A stretch of 64,000 nt of DNA, from assembly GCA_963833985.1 (NCBI GenBank), contig CAWIAD010000002.1, forward strand, positions 5,760,001-5,824,000. Reading direction: 5' to 3'. Below are positions 21,201 through 31,369 of this stretch, piece by piece; within the stretch, counting starts at the first letter, position 1; every line of letters starts with the position of its first letter. A program made the position numbers and the translations under genes. The DNA comes from an uncultured Planctomycetaceae bacterium. Its GTDB lineage: Bacteria > Planctomycetota > Planctomycetia > Isosphaerales > Isosphaeraceae. The notes under the pieces were generated by a model, which had not been told where the DNA came from, made no database searches, and worked only from the letters and a program-made list of their open reading frames with translations.

Positions 21201-21898
21201 CGGTTCATCCGCGGGTCGAGCCAGCCCGGCGACCAGGTCGAGAGCAGGAAAAGCTCCGCCAGCAGGAAGCTCAAGGGGAGAACAAAGACCAGGATCGGGC
21301 GCCGCGTCCACTCGCCGATTGCCAGCGACGCTGCCGCCAGGAAGACGAGCGTGGGTATCGAGAAGACGAGCGCCGGACGCAGGTAGTTGAGCATCTGGAA
21401 CGGTCCGCGGATCTGCCTGGCCGGATCGCCGGGAAGCACGTGGAAACAGAACATCATGGCCAGCACATGAATGGCCAGTACTCCCAGCGTGCAGGCCAGT
21501 ACGGCCGCGAACTTTCCCCAGATGTATTCACCGGGCGTCAGCGATGTCGCGTGCAACAGGTCGCCCAGCCGCCATTCGGCATCCTGGATGACCGTCATCC
21601 CGGCCGCGATCGCCAGGAAGAAGGAATAGAGGATGAGCGTCAGGATGGAAAGCTGCTGGGCGACTGCGAACTCGGAGGTGATCCAGGCCTTCGTCCCGCC
21701 CACCGAGGAGTCGCCGCTCTGGATGGTCATGGACCCGGTCGACATGCCCCAGGCGGCCAGCACGAGGATCAGCGCCCAGATCCAGAACAGCGGTCGACGC
21801 ACGTGGAACGCGGCATCGGCCCGGAACACGGTCAGCAAGCGCCGCAGTCGGGCCGATGCGGACATCGAGTGAGTCGAGTGCGTGTGCTCCCTGCTCAT
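18284..21898 (-). CDS. ABC-2 permease (two permease halves) fused to an M1 family zinc aminopeptidase; frameshifts near 20075, 19645 and 19215
   Basis: Multi-TM N-terminus (ORF 19931..22093 from ATG 21898) joins ORFs 19305..20282, 19084..19635 and the 18284 frame; reconstructed YAQGFP, HESAHQWW (HExxH), LAEGMAHF, YDKGG. Confidence 0.87.
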
Positions 21899-22830
21899 CG
21901 GACATCTCCGCTGAGGGCCGCCTTGTGAGACCCGGCGGCACTCGGGCCGGGCAGGCCGCCGGTCCTGGTCACCACGAGATAGGCGTCTTCTAGGGTGGCC
22001 TCCACCGCCGCGAAGTCCGCTGGCGGGTCCGCGTCGGGCTCGTAGATACGAACCCGATTGTTGCCCCCCACGAGGTACGCCTGGGTCACGCACCTGCTCG
22101 AATCGGCGATCAGTTGCTCATACGATTTTCCGGAGATCGAGGCCTCGAAGATGTATCCGTCGATGGCGCGGAGGGCTTGCCCGGGCGTGGTGCTGGCCAC
22201 CAGCCGCCCCTGCCGGATGATCGCGAACCGCGGGCAGAGCTGAGCGACGTCCTCGACGATATGCGTTGACAGGAGCACGATCCGGTCCTCGGCCAGCTCG
22301 GAGAGCAGGCGGTAGAAGCGCTGGCGCTCTTCCGGGTCGAGGCCGGCCGTGGGCTCGTCGACGATGATCAGGCGCGGGTCGCCAGCGATGGCCTGGGCAA
22401 TTCCCAGGCGCTGGCGCATGCCGCCAGAATAGGTCTTCACCTTGCGCCGGGCCGCGAAGGATAAGTTCACGCGCTCCAGCAGGGAATCGCAAAGACTGTC
22501 CAGGCCGCCAGGTGCCGTGACGCCCTTGAGGCGAAGAAGGTAACGGAGCATCGCCTTGCCGGTCAGGTGCGGAAAGAAGCCGAAGTCTTGCGGCAGATAG
22601 CCGAGCCGGCACCAGATGCTCTCGGGCCGATCCAGGATCGACTCACCGTCGAGCGTCGCGGTGCCGGATGTGGGCTCGAGCAGGCCCGCGAGGATGCGCA
22701 TCAGCGTGGTCTTGCCCGCGCCGTTGGCGCCAAGCAGCCCGAACATACCGTTGGGAATATCAAGATCGACGCCCTGGAGCGCGGCCACCGGACCGGGATA
22801 AACTTTCACGAGATCGCGAACCGTCAGCAT
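21895..22830 (-). CDS. ABC transporter ATP-binding protein
   Basis: GANGAGKT Walker A; YSGGMRQR signature; IIVDEP Walker B; STH; ATGA overlap with the permease-peptidase gene. Confidence 0.96.
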   Translation of the reverse strand: MLTVRDLVKVYPGPVAALQGVDLDIPNGMFGLLGANGAGKTTLMRILAGLLEPTSGTATLDGESILDRPESIWCRLGYLPQDFGFFPHLTGKAMLRYLLRLKGVTAPGGLDSLCDSLLERVNLSFAARRKVKTYSGGMRQRLGIAQAIAGDPRLIIVDEPTAGLDPEERQRFYRLLSELAEDRIVLLSTHIVEDVAQLCPRFAIIRQGRLVASTTPGQALRAIDGYIFEASISGKSYEQLIADSSRCVTQAYLVGGNNRVRIYEPDADPPADFAAVEATLEDAYLVVTRTGGLPGPSAAGSHKAALSGDVR

Positions 22831-23081
22831 GCAGCGCTCCTTCTTATTGCCGTGCCCCGGACAACGTGGTTCCGGATGGTACAGAGGCGATTCGGCGGTT
22901 GCCAGCGATTATTGCGCCTGGTAGCCGGGCACGCCAGACTGATCGAGCAGGCCCGCAAGCCCGCTCTGCGTGCCCGTATGCCTTCGCCCGGGGCCGCTCT
23001 AGCCTCTTCCTTTTTGAAGGTTCTTCGACGAAGATTTGAGGGCATGAAGCCACGATTCTCCCGATCCGAGACAGAAGTCCC

Positions 23082-23945
23082 ATGGCCAGTTACGACCCAG
23101 AGTTCGACCACGCGCCCAAGTTCTCGCCCGAATACGACGATTCCCGACCCAGGCAGCGCGGCTGTCTCTTTTACGGCTGCGTGATCTCCGGCGTTCTGGC
23201 CGTGCTCGTGATCGTCCTGCTGGGAATCGGGGCTTACCTTGCCAGCCGCTGGTTCTCCGGGTTCATCGAGGAATGGACGTCACCGGCCCCCGCCGAGTTG
23301 CCCCGGGCCGAGCTCTCCGAGGATGCCCAGAAGGCCACCAAGGAGCGAGTGGACGCCTTCCGCAAAGCACTCGACGAGGGCACCGCGAATGAACCGCTGG
23401 TGCTCGACAGTGACGATCTCAATGCGCTCATCGAGTCGAACCCGGATTTCCGGGGCAAGGTGTTCGTCCGCGTGGAGGGCGACAAGCTCAAGGGGCAGGT
23501 GAGCATACCGCTGGAGAAGTTGCAACTCGGCATTCTCAAGGGTCGCTACCTCAACGGCGAGGCGGAGTTCAAGGCCCTGCTCAGCGACGGCATCCTGATC
23601 GTCACGCTCGATTCGCTGATCGTCAACGGCAAGACCCCGCCCGAGCAGTTCCTGGCCGAGATGCGGAAACAGAACCTCGCCAAGGACGCCTACAGCAATC
23701 CCAAGCACGCCGAGATGCTGCGCCGCTTCGAGAGCCTGAAGATCAGGGACGGCAAGGTCATTCTCACTCCACGGGCTCATACCGAGGGGCCGGCGTCCGA
23801 CGGTCCCCATCCGCCGGCCGAGAAATCCGCGCCTGCCAGCCCGGCGCCTACCCCGCCGGCATCAGTGCCTGCCCCGCCGGCATCAGTGCCTGCCGGGGCG
23901 CCTGGTCCCTCCCCTGCCCCGCCGGAAAAGAAGAAGGCCGGTTAG
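23082..23945 (+). CDS. Hypothetical membrane-anchored protein with Pro/Ala-rich C-terminal tail
   Basis: RGCLFYGC followed by a TM helix; strong GC3 codon bias; co-oriented with the M16 peptidase gene. Confidence 0.8.
   Translation: MASYDPEFDHAPKFSPEYDDSRPRQRGCLFYGCVISGVLAVLVIVLLGIGAYLASRWFSGFIEEWTSPAPAELPRAELSEDAQKATKERVDAFRKALDEGTANEPLVLDSDDLNALIESNPDFRGKVFVRVEGDKLKGQVSIPLEKLQLGILKGRYLNGEAEFKALLSDGILIVTLDSLIVNGKTPPEQFLAEMRKQNLAKDAYSNPKHAEMLRRFESLKIRDGKVILTPRAHTEGPASDGPHPPAEKSAPASPAPTPPASVPAPPASVPAGAPGPSPAPPEKKKAG
23851..23892 (+). repeat. Perfect 21-bp tandem duplication (encodes PPASVPA x2)
   Basis: CCCCGCCGGCATCAGTGCCTG at 23851-23871 and 23872-23892. Confidence 0.9.
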
Positions 23946-24017
23946 CGAACCTCTCATACGCTCGCCCGGCTCTGCCTGGCGAGATCGATCAGGATCGACA
24001 TTCTTGAAGGAGTTCTC

Positions 24018-26807
24018 ATGAGGTATACGGCAAGGTTTCACGTTCTTCTCGGTTTCGCCGTCCTGGTGCTGGGGCCAGCCACCGCGCCGGTGCGCTCCAG
24101 GGCAGCGGAAAAGCCCACCAAGGTAGCCACAGTGGAGGGAATCACGGAGTACCGCCTGGACAACGGCCTCCGCGTCTTGCTCTTTCCCGATCCCTCCCGG
24201 CCCAAGGTGACGGTCAACCTGACAGTGCTGGTTGGGTCGCGGCACGAGGGATACGGCGAGACGGGCATGGCCCACCTGCTGGAGCACATGGTCTTCAAAG
24301 GAACGCCCGACCATCCCAACATCCCGGCGGCCATGAAGGAGCGGGGCGCCCAGTTCAACGGCTCGACCTCCGAGGACCGGACGAACTATTACGAGACCCT
24401 GGCGGCCAGCGATGACAATCTGGAGTTCGCCCTCCGGCTCGAGGCCGACCGGATGGTCAACAGCCCCATCAAGGCCGAGGACCTGGCCACCGAGTTCTCG
24501 GTGGTGCGCAACGAGTTCGAGATGGGTGAGAACTCTCCCGAGAACGTGCTCTCGCAGCGCATGGCGGCGGTGGCCTACGAGTGGCACAACTACGGCAAGT
24601 CGACCATCGGCAACCGCACCGACATCGAGCGGGTTCCCCCCGACAGCCTGCGCGCCTTCTACAAGAAGTTCTACCAGCCGGACAATGGCGTGCTCGTCGT
24701 CGCCGGGAAGTTTGACGAGGCGAAGGCACTGGACCTGATCACCAGGTATTTTGGAGCCCTGCCGCGCCCCGAGCGCAAGCTGCCGGCCACTTACACCGAG
24801 GAGCCGCCTCAAGACGGCCAGCGGGTGGTGACCCTGCGGCGCGTGGGAAATGTTGGGCTGGTGGGCCTGCTCTACCACGTCCCTTCCGGGCCCCATCCCG
24901 AGTTTGCCGCCGTGCAGGTGCTTGCCAGCATCCTGGGGTCGGAACCTTCGGGCCGGCTCTACAAGGCACTTGTGGAAACGAAGAAGGCAGCCACCGTCTC
25001 GGCGCATGCCCAGGCACTCCACGACCCCGGCCTGTTCGAGATCATGGCCGAGGTCAACTCGAAGGAGATGGCAGGCCTTGAGCAGGTGCGCGACGTGATG
25101 TATTCAGTGGTCGACGAGGTGACCCGCTCTGGAGTCACTCAGGAGGAAGTGGATCGGGCGCGCCAGAAGATGCTGCGGGATCGCGAGCTCGCCTCGGCCG
25201 ACCCCAACCGCGTGGCCGTCATGCTTTCCAACTGGGCGGCACAGGGCGACTGGAGGCTCTACTTCCTGAGCCGCGACCGCATCGAGCAAGTCACCACCGC
25301 GCAGGTCCAGGAAGCGGCCTCGAAGTACTTGACGCCCAGCAATCGAACGGTGGGCTACTTCATCCCCGCAACGAAGCCCGAGCGGACGGCCGTGCCGCCA
25401 GCTCCCGACGTGGCCGGGATGGTAGATCGCTACAAGGGCCGGGAGGTGCAGTCGTCCGGCGAGTCATTCGATGTCTCGCCGCTGGCCATCGAGGCCCGCG
25501 TGCAGAAGCCTGAACCGCTGGATGGCGTGAAGGTGGCCCTGCTGCCGAAGAAAACGCGCGGCGGCGCTGTGCATGTCCATCTCAACCTTCACTACGGCAC
25601 GGCCGACAGCCTGAAAGGAAAGGTCGAGGCAGCGAGCTTCCTGTCGGGGCTCATGCTCCGCGGCACCAGGAACATGAACCGCCAGCAGATCGAGGACGCG
25701 CTGGACAAGAATTTCGCGCGGCTCGGCGGCGGGTTCGGTGGAATGGGAGGCCGTCGCGGTGGTGGTGGCGGAGGTGGTTCCCTGGGCACGCTGTCGTACT
25801 CGATCCAGACCCGGCACGCCAACCTGCCGGCGGTGCTGGAGATCCTCCGTCAGATCCTGCGCGAGCCCACTCTGCCCGAGAGCGAGTTCACGATCATGAA
25901 GAACGAGCGCCTGGCAGGACTGGAACAGGGCCGTTCCGACCCCATGCGGCTGGGCATGAACCGGATTCAACGGGTGCTCTCAAGCTATCCTCCCTCGGAT
26001 GTGCGCTACGTGCCGACCATCGAGGAAGACATCGAGCGCATGCGGCAGGTCACGGTGGAAGATGTCCGTGCGCTCTATCGCGACTTCCTCAGCGCCAGCC
26101 ATGGCGAGCTGACGATCGTGGGCGACTTCGAGCCCTCCGAGGCCCTCTCGGTGCTGGCCCGTAGCCTCGACGGCTGGAAAACCGCGCAGCCCTATGAACG
26201 CATCGAGCGGCCGTTCCAGGCGGACCTCAAGCCCGCCCGGGAGACGATCGAAACGCCCGACAAGGAAAACGCCACGTACTTCGCCGGCCTGACGCTGAAC
26301 ATGAAGGACAGCGACTCCGACTACCCGGCCATGGTGCTGGGCAACTACATCCTGGGCGGCGGTGCCATCTCGTCGCGGATCGCCGACCGCCTGCGTCAAA
26401 AGGGCGGGCTCTCCTATTCCGCCGCCTCCGGCTTCGCCGCCAACCCGCTTGATTCCCGTGCGACTCTGCTTGTCCGGGCCATCTACAACCCGGCCAACCG
26501 CCCCAAGGTCGTCACGGGTGTGGAAGAAGAGCTGACCAGGCTGCTTCATGGCGGCGTCACGGCCGAGGAATTGAAGCGCGCCAAGGATGGGTATCTCACG
26601 CAGCTTCAGGTTGGCCGGACCAACGACAACGCGCTGGCTTCCTCACTGGCCGAGAACCTGTTCGTCGGGCGCACCATGCAGTTCGACGCCGACCTCGAGG
26701 CCAGGATCAAGACCTTGACCGTCGACGAGGTCAATGCCGCACTGCGCAAGTACGTCCATCCCGATCGACTCTCCGTCATCACGGCCGGAGATTTCAAAGG
26801 CAAGTGA
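24018..26807 (+). CDS. Secreted M16 family (pitrilysin/PqqL-like) zinc metalloprotease
   Basis: AAGGAG RBS; signal peptide; HLLEH inverted zinc motif; NGST..DRTNY; VVRNE; LRQKGGLSY in the C-terminal half. Confidence 0.95.
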   Translation: MRYTARFHVLLGFAVLVLGPATAPVRSRAAEKPTKVATVEGITEYRLDNGLRVLLFPDPSRPKVTVNLTVLVGSRHEGYGETGMAHLLEHMVFKGTPDHPNIPAAMKERGAQFNGSTSEDRTNYYETLAASDDNLEFALRLEADRMVNSPIKAEDLATEFSVVRNEFEMGENSPENVLSQRMAAVAYEWHNYGKSTIGNRTDIERVPPDSLRAFYKKFYQPDNGVLVVAGKFDEAKALDLITRYFGALPRPERKLPATYTEEPPQDGQRVVTLRRVGNVGLVGLLYHVPSGPHPEFAAVQVLASILGSEPSGRLYKALVETKKAATVSAHAQALHDPGLFEIMAEVNSKEMAGLEQVRDVMYSVVDEVTRSGVTQEEVDRARQKMLRDRELASADPNRVAVMLSNWAAQGDWRLYFLSRDRIEQVTTAQVQEAASKYLTPSNRTVGYFIPATKPERTAVPPAPDVAGMVDRYKGREVQSSGESFDVSPLAIEARVQKPEPLDGVKVALLPKKTRGGAVHVHLNLHYGTADSLKGKVEAASFLSGLMLRGTRNMNRQQIEDALDKNFARLGGGFGGMGGRRGGGGGGGSLGTLSYSIQTRHANLPAVLEILRQILREPTLPESEFTIMKNERLAGLEQGRSDPMRLGMNRIQRVLSSYPPSDVRYVPTIEEDIERMRQVTVEDVRALYRDFLSASHGELTIVGDFEPSEALSVLARSLDGWKTAQPYERIERPFQADLKPARETIETPDKENATYFAGLTLNMKDSDSDYPAMVLGNYILGGGAISSRIADRLRQKGGLSYSAASGFAANPLDSRATLLVRAIYNPANRPKVVTGVEEELTRLLHGGVTAEELKRAKDGYLTQLQVGRTNDNALASSLAENLFVGRTMQFDADLEARIKTLTVDEVNAALRKYVHPDRLSVITAGDFKGK

Positions 26808-26810
26808 ACC

Positions 26811-26965
26811 GTGGGTGGTGGTGAGTGGTCAGTGGGCAGCGCAGTGGGCGGGAGGGAGAGACGTCCAGCGCTGCTTCCCACTGGCCACGAGCCAGTCACC
26901 GAACGACTTGCTACCGAACGCAGGCCATGGTTCACTGGCCACTTGCGGCTGTTCACTGGCCCACT
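26811..26965. repeat. Intergenic degenerate heptamer-based inverted repeat (GTGGTCA/CACTGGC units)
   Basis: GTGGTCAGTGGG (26825-26836) pairs with CCCACTGGCCAC (26877-26888); GTTCACTGGCC recurs near 26930 and 26951. Confidence 0.65.
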
Positions 26966-26985
26966 CTTACTCCGGGAGCCTCTCC

Positions 26986-28050
26986 ATGCACCGGCGCGAT
27001 TTTCTCAAGCAGACGGGGACCGCGGCCCTGGCGGCGGCCTCGGGCCCGTTCGTGCACGCCAGCGACAAGAGCGGCGAGAAGCCGCCGATCGTGGGCGCGG
27101 GCGAGCACCGCTACGAGTGCCACCATAACTGGGGAGAGCTTCCCAGCTCGATCCACTGGGTGGAAACCCACGGCGTGGCCGTCGACGGCGAAGGATTCAT
27201 CTACATCAAGCACCGAGGGGGTGTCGCGAAGCCGAAGACCCCCGCGGAGGCCCAGGACACGATTGTCGTCTTCGATCCCTCCGGCAAGTTCGTCCGCTCG
27301 TTCGGAAAAGAATTCCACGGTGGCGGGCATGGCATTGATATCCGTCGAGAAAACGGGAAAGAATTTCTTTACCTTTGCTGCATGTTCCCCGTGAACCTGG
27401 TGGTCAAGACCGACCTGAAAGGTGAGCAGCTCTGGATCAAGCACGCACCTGCCGAGCCGCACGTCTACGACAAGCCGGGCACGCCTTTCTCGCCAACCAA
27501 CGTGGCCTTTGCACCCGACGGCGGCTTCTACGTGGGCGACGGCTACGGCTCGCATTACATCCACCAGTTCGACAGCGAGGGCCGCTGGGTGCGCACCTGG
27601 GGCGGCGAAGGGACCGAGCCGGGGAAGATGAAAACCCCGCACGGGCTCTGGTACGACAACCGGCCCGGTCGTGAGCCGGCGCTGGTGGTGGCCGACCGCG
27701 CCAACGCCCGACTCCAGTACTTCACCCTTGATGGCAAGTTCCTGGGTTTCGTGCACGACGTGTCATTCCCGGCCCATTTCGACATCAGGGGCGATGTCCT
27801 GCTGGTGCCCGACCTGCATGCGCGGGTGAGCCTCTTCGACAGGAACAACAAGGTACTGGCCCATCTGGGCTACGACCCCGCCTGGACGAGGGAAGTGCTC
27901 GACGGCTTCAAGATGCGCACTCAACCCGAGCGCTGGCCCGCGGGAAAGTTCATCCATCCGCATGACGCATGCTTCGACAAGGATGGAAATATCTTTGTCA
28001 CCGAATGGGTTGCGACAGGCCGGGTGTCGTTCCTTCGGCACCTGAGCTGA
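26986..28050 (+). CDS. Tat-exported NHL-repeat beta-propeller protein (peptidyl-alpha-hydroxyglycine lyase-like)
   Basis: MHRRDFLK twin-arginine signal; PTNVAF..DG.FYVGDGYG, PHGL, VADRANARLQ, HPHD motifs. Confidence 0.88.
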   Translation: MHRRDFLKQTGTAALAAASGPFVHASDKSGEKPPIVGAGEHRYECHHNWGELPSSIHWVETHGVAVDGEGFIYIKHRGGVAKPKTPAEAQDTIVVFDPSGKFVRSFGKEFHGGGHGIDIRRENGKEFLYLCCMFPVNLVVKTDLKGEQLWIKHAPAEPHVYDKPGTPFSPTNVAFAPDGGFYVGDGYGSHYIHQFDSEGRWVRTWGGEGTEPGKMKTPHGLWYDNRPGREPALVVADRANARLQYFTLDGKFLGFVHDVSFPAHFDIRGDVLLVPDLHARVSLFDRNNKVLAHLGYDPAWTREVLDGFKMRTQPERWPAGKFIHPHDACFDKDGNIFVTEWVATGRVSFLRHLS

Positions 28051-28256
28051 GCGCAATGGAAGCATTCGCGGTATCTCCTGGGTACTCATGACCCCGCGGG
28101 ACAAATCCCGGCAATTCCGCGCTCGGTCCTCGACAATCGCCGCGCCGCGTGGTTTCATGGGCGTCCAGAGCCGGGTTGCGCTCCGCGAGGCCGCGCGAGA
28201 CGTTGCCTGTGGGTTCCCGCCACGACGGGGGCATTTGTCAGCGACGCAGGGTCATC

Positions 28257-28814
28257 ATGGAATCACTCCAAGGGCAATTGTTGATTGCATCGCCGTCGCT
28301 GGTGGACCCGAATTTTGCACGGACGGTCGTGCTGGTGGCCGTTCATGGCACCGATGGTGCGCTCGGGTTGGTCCTGAACCGCACGCTCAGCGTGGGACTG
28401 GAGGAGGTCTGGAGCCAGGTGAGCTCATCGGCATGCGTGCGATCCGAGACCGTGCGCAATGGCGGCCCGGTCAGCGGGACCTTGATGGCGGTCCATGACC
28501 GCCGTTCGCTGGCGAACCTGGTGATTGCCGATGACATCTATGTGGCGACCGAGCTCGGTACCATGGAATCACTGGCATCCAGCGACGAGGGACATGTTGC
28601 GTTCTTCCTGGGACATTCCGGATGGGGAGCCGGCCAGCTCGAGAGCGAGATGGCCGAGGGCTCCTGGCTGCTCTTACCCGCCACCTCGGACCATGTCTTC
28701 GGAGACACGGATACACTCGCCCTCTGGAAAGAATCCATGACCCACGCAGGCCGGCGCCGGCTCCAGGCAATCGTCCCGCTCAAACATCTCCCCGACAACC
28801 CGCGGGCGAACTGA
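28257..28814 (+). CDS. YqgE/AlgH family protein (DUF179)
   Basis: LLIASP..DPNFARTVV, GALGLVLNR, GGPV, GHSGWGAGQLESE...GSW. Confidence 0.93.
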   Translation: MESLQGQLLIASPSLVDPNFARTVVLVAVHGTDGALGLVLNRTLSVGLEEVWSQVSSSACVRSETVRNGGPVSGTLMAVHDRRSLANLVIADDIYVATELGTMESLASSDEGHVAFFLGHSGWGAGQLESEMAEGSWLLLPATSDHVFGDTDTLALWKESMTHAGRRRLQAIVPLKHLPDNPRAN

Positions 28815-28819
28815 GCCGA

Positions 28820-30498
28820 TCAGCGTGATTCCGGCTGCCTGGCCGGCTCATGAACCAGGGCGCGAATGCGCGCCATCACCGGTGAAAAATCATCACTGGC
28901 GATGATCGCTTCGATGAGGAACGCTCCCACATGGCTCTCAGCCGCGGCCAGCGCTGCGTCCAGCTCGGCTACGTTCGTCACGCGCTGGGCGCGCGCACCA
29001 GCGCCCTGGCCAGGGCCGCATAGTCCCAGCTCCGCCGGTCGTAATCGGTGCGGGGGCGGTCAATGGCAGCGAGCATGCCGTAGCTGCTATTGTTGAGCAG
29101 CAGCACGATGGGCGCCAGTCCCTGGTCCACCATCGTCGCCAGCTCGGTTCCCGTCATCTGGAAGGCCCCATCGCCGACGATGGCAAACGGCCTGCGCGCT
29201 GGGTCGGCCATGCCGGCTCCCAGCGCGGCGGGGACGGCAAACCCCATCGAGGCATAGTAGCCCGCTGCCAGGAAAACCTCGGTGCGCAGCTCCAGCGCGA
29301 TGAACCAGCTATCGCCCACGTCGGCCGTGAAGCTGTACCGCGTGGTGTCCAGCTTCTTGAGCGCTCCAAGAATGTCCGCCACACGCAGAGGAGGAGGCGA
29401 GGCAAGGCCCGTATCCGCAAGGGCTCGCTCATTCACCGCGAGCGGCAACGCGACGGTCCGGTCGAATTGCGGTGCGGTGCGGTCGCTGGGGGGCAGCCGC
29501 TCGAGCAAGGCCTCGACCACCTGGCGAATCGCCAGCCCTTCATATCGGTGGAACCGCACGCGCACGCCGTCCGGATCGATCAGGATGCGCGCCTTGGGAT
29601 TGATGCGCTCGGTCCAGAAGCCCGTTCCCAGGTCGGTTCGTACGACACCGATGCCGAGGATGCAGTCAGAGCCGTCGAGCAGGTCGCGGACCATCGGGTC
29701 GCCCAGCGCGCCCATGTAAACGCCGGCGAACTGGGGATGGCTTTCAGGAATCGCCGCCTTGCCCAGCACATCGGTTGCCACCGGCAGCCGTAGCCGCTCG
29801 GCCAGGCGCACGACCAGCTCCGTGAGACCGTGCCGGCGCAGGCCGACTCCCACGTAGAGTGCCGGTCGCTGGGCCGCGGCCAGCATGCTCTGGATCTCGG
29901 CCACCAGCTCGTCGAGCGCCTCGGACTGGGCCCGCCGCGCCTCGGGGTCCAGCTCGAAGACCAGCCGGTTCGCGGGCGCGTCCACCGGCACATTCACGCG
30001 GTCGCGGGGGATCTCGAGATAGCCCGGCCGCTTGTGACGGACGACGTTGCGGATCACCCGGTCGATCGTCTCGGGCGCCGAGGCGGGATCATCCAGAATC
30101 GCCGCGTCGATGGTCACCTCGCGGAAGATCTGTAACTGGCTCTCGTAGGTCTTGACCACGTGATGCAGGTGGACCTCGTGCTCGCCCCGGCGCAAGGTCA
30201 TCTCAGGCCCGCCGCTGACCACAAGCAGGGGCGACTGCTCGGCATACGCACATGCCACCGGGTTGAGCGCGTTGAGTGCACCCGGACCATAGGTCAAGAG
30301 TGCCACGCCCAGCCCGCGCAGCCGTGCATAGGCATCGGCCGCAAAGCCAGCACCCGGCTCGTGGCAGCAGACCACCGTGGGGAACCCGATCGCCTCCTGC
30401 ACCGCGTAAACCGGAAGGACAAAGTCGCCCGGGATGCCGAAGGTGTGTCCGACACCCAGCTCGCGGAGGCGCTGAAAGAGGTATTCGGTCAGGTTCAT
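28820..30498 (-). CDS. ThDP-dependent alpha-keto acid decarboxylase (indolepyruvate/phenylpyruvate decarboxylase IpdC-like); frameshift near 29000
   Basis: FGIPGDF, AADAYAR, LHH, GDGAFQMTG...NNSSYG ThDP motif; restoring one G gives GARAQRVTNVAELDAAL...PESR ending at TGA 28820-28822. Confidence 0.9.
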
Positions 30499-30663
30499 CA
30501 GCCGGCTGTGGTCCTGCTTGCCGCCGGAAGCGGAATGGCGACGACGCCACTCCTCAGGACCATCATAGAGAGTCGAGCCCGGACTTGAAACGGATCTGGA
30601 TGCCCGGGCCGCCGGGCGGGTTTCTTGCAGGCTGTCCGTGTGTGGGCCGCGCTCGCGCTGCGA

Positions 30664-30977
30664 TCAATGCACCGACGGGTTGCTGGTGCTCAGTTGAAGA
30701 TCGTCCGGGACCCAACTCTGAACCGTGCTGGGCACCGCAAGACCCAACCAGGCGTCGGATTCCCTGCGGATTGGCTGGCCGCGAGAGATCCGATCCCAGC
30801 CGGCGTCGATATTGATGAACCCGAACATCCGGGCGAAGCGAACCTGGCGGTAATAGGCGTACCAGGTTTGTCGGGCCCGGTCTCTCGTCCGTCGGCTGCG
30901 TTGTGCGTCCATGATCGTGCGTCCCGAGGTTTGCTGAGGTTTCGAACGGTAGTCGTCCTGACTGCGGGCGTGTTCAT
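30664..30977 (-). CDS. Small hypothetical protein, possibly frameshifted
   Basis: GAGGAG RBS before ATG 30977; the overlapping frame 30664..30912 (WYAYYRQVRFARMFGF) looks more protein-like. Confidence 0.3.
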
Positions 30978-31369
30978 TGCTCCTCTATCAAAAAATCTAC
31001 GTTCTGTTTCCGGAAAACATGAAAAAAGTGCACGTCAGGAATTTCCTGGTCCGTCAAGCGGCCCTACGATCCGGCCAGCCTGGTGAAACGGGGTAAGCTG
31101 GGTGATTGCAAGGTCCGATCACCATAGGATCCCCAATTTCTCCCGGACAAGCACTTTGCGCCCATGCCGAGGGCTGAGGAGCGATACGGAACCACGGGGT
31201 TCCGCTCCCTTGTTGCGTGAAGAGGACGCAAGCGGCCGGCTGCGTTGGCCACAGGCCGCGAAACGAACGAAGGCCGGCGCTCTCCACGCGGCATGGCTGG
31301 CATGCCTGGTGGAAAGCTCGGCCTTCAGGCGGGCGAAGGAACGGCTCGATCGAGGCCGCCCCGCGTGGA

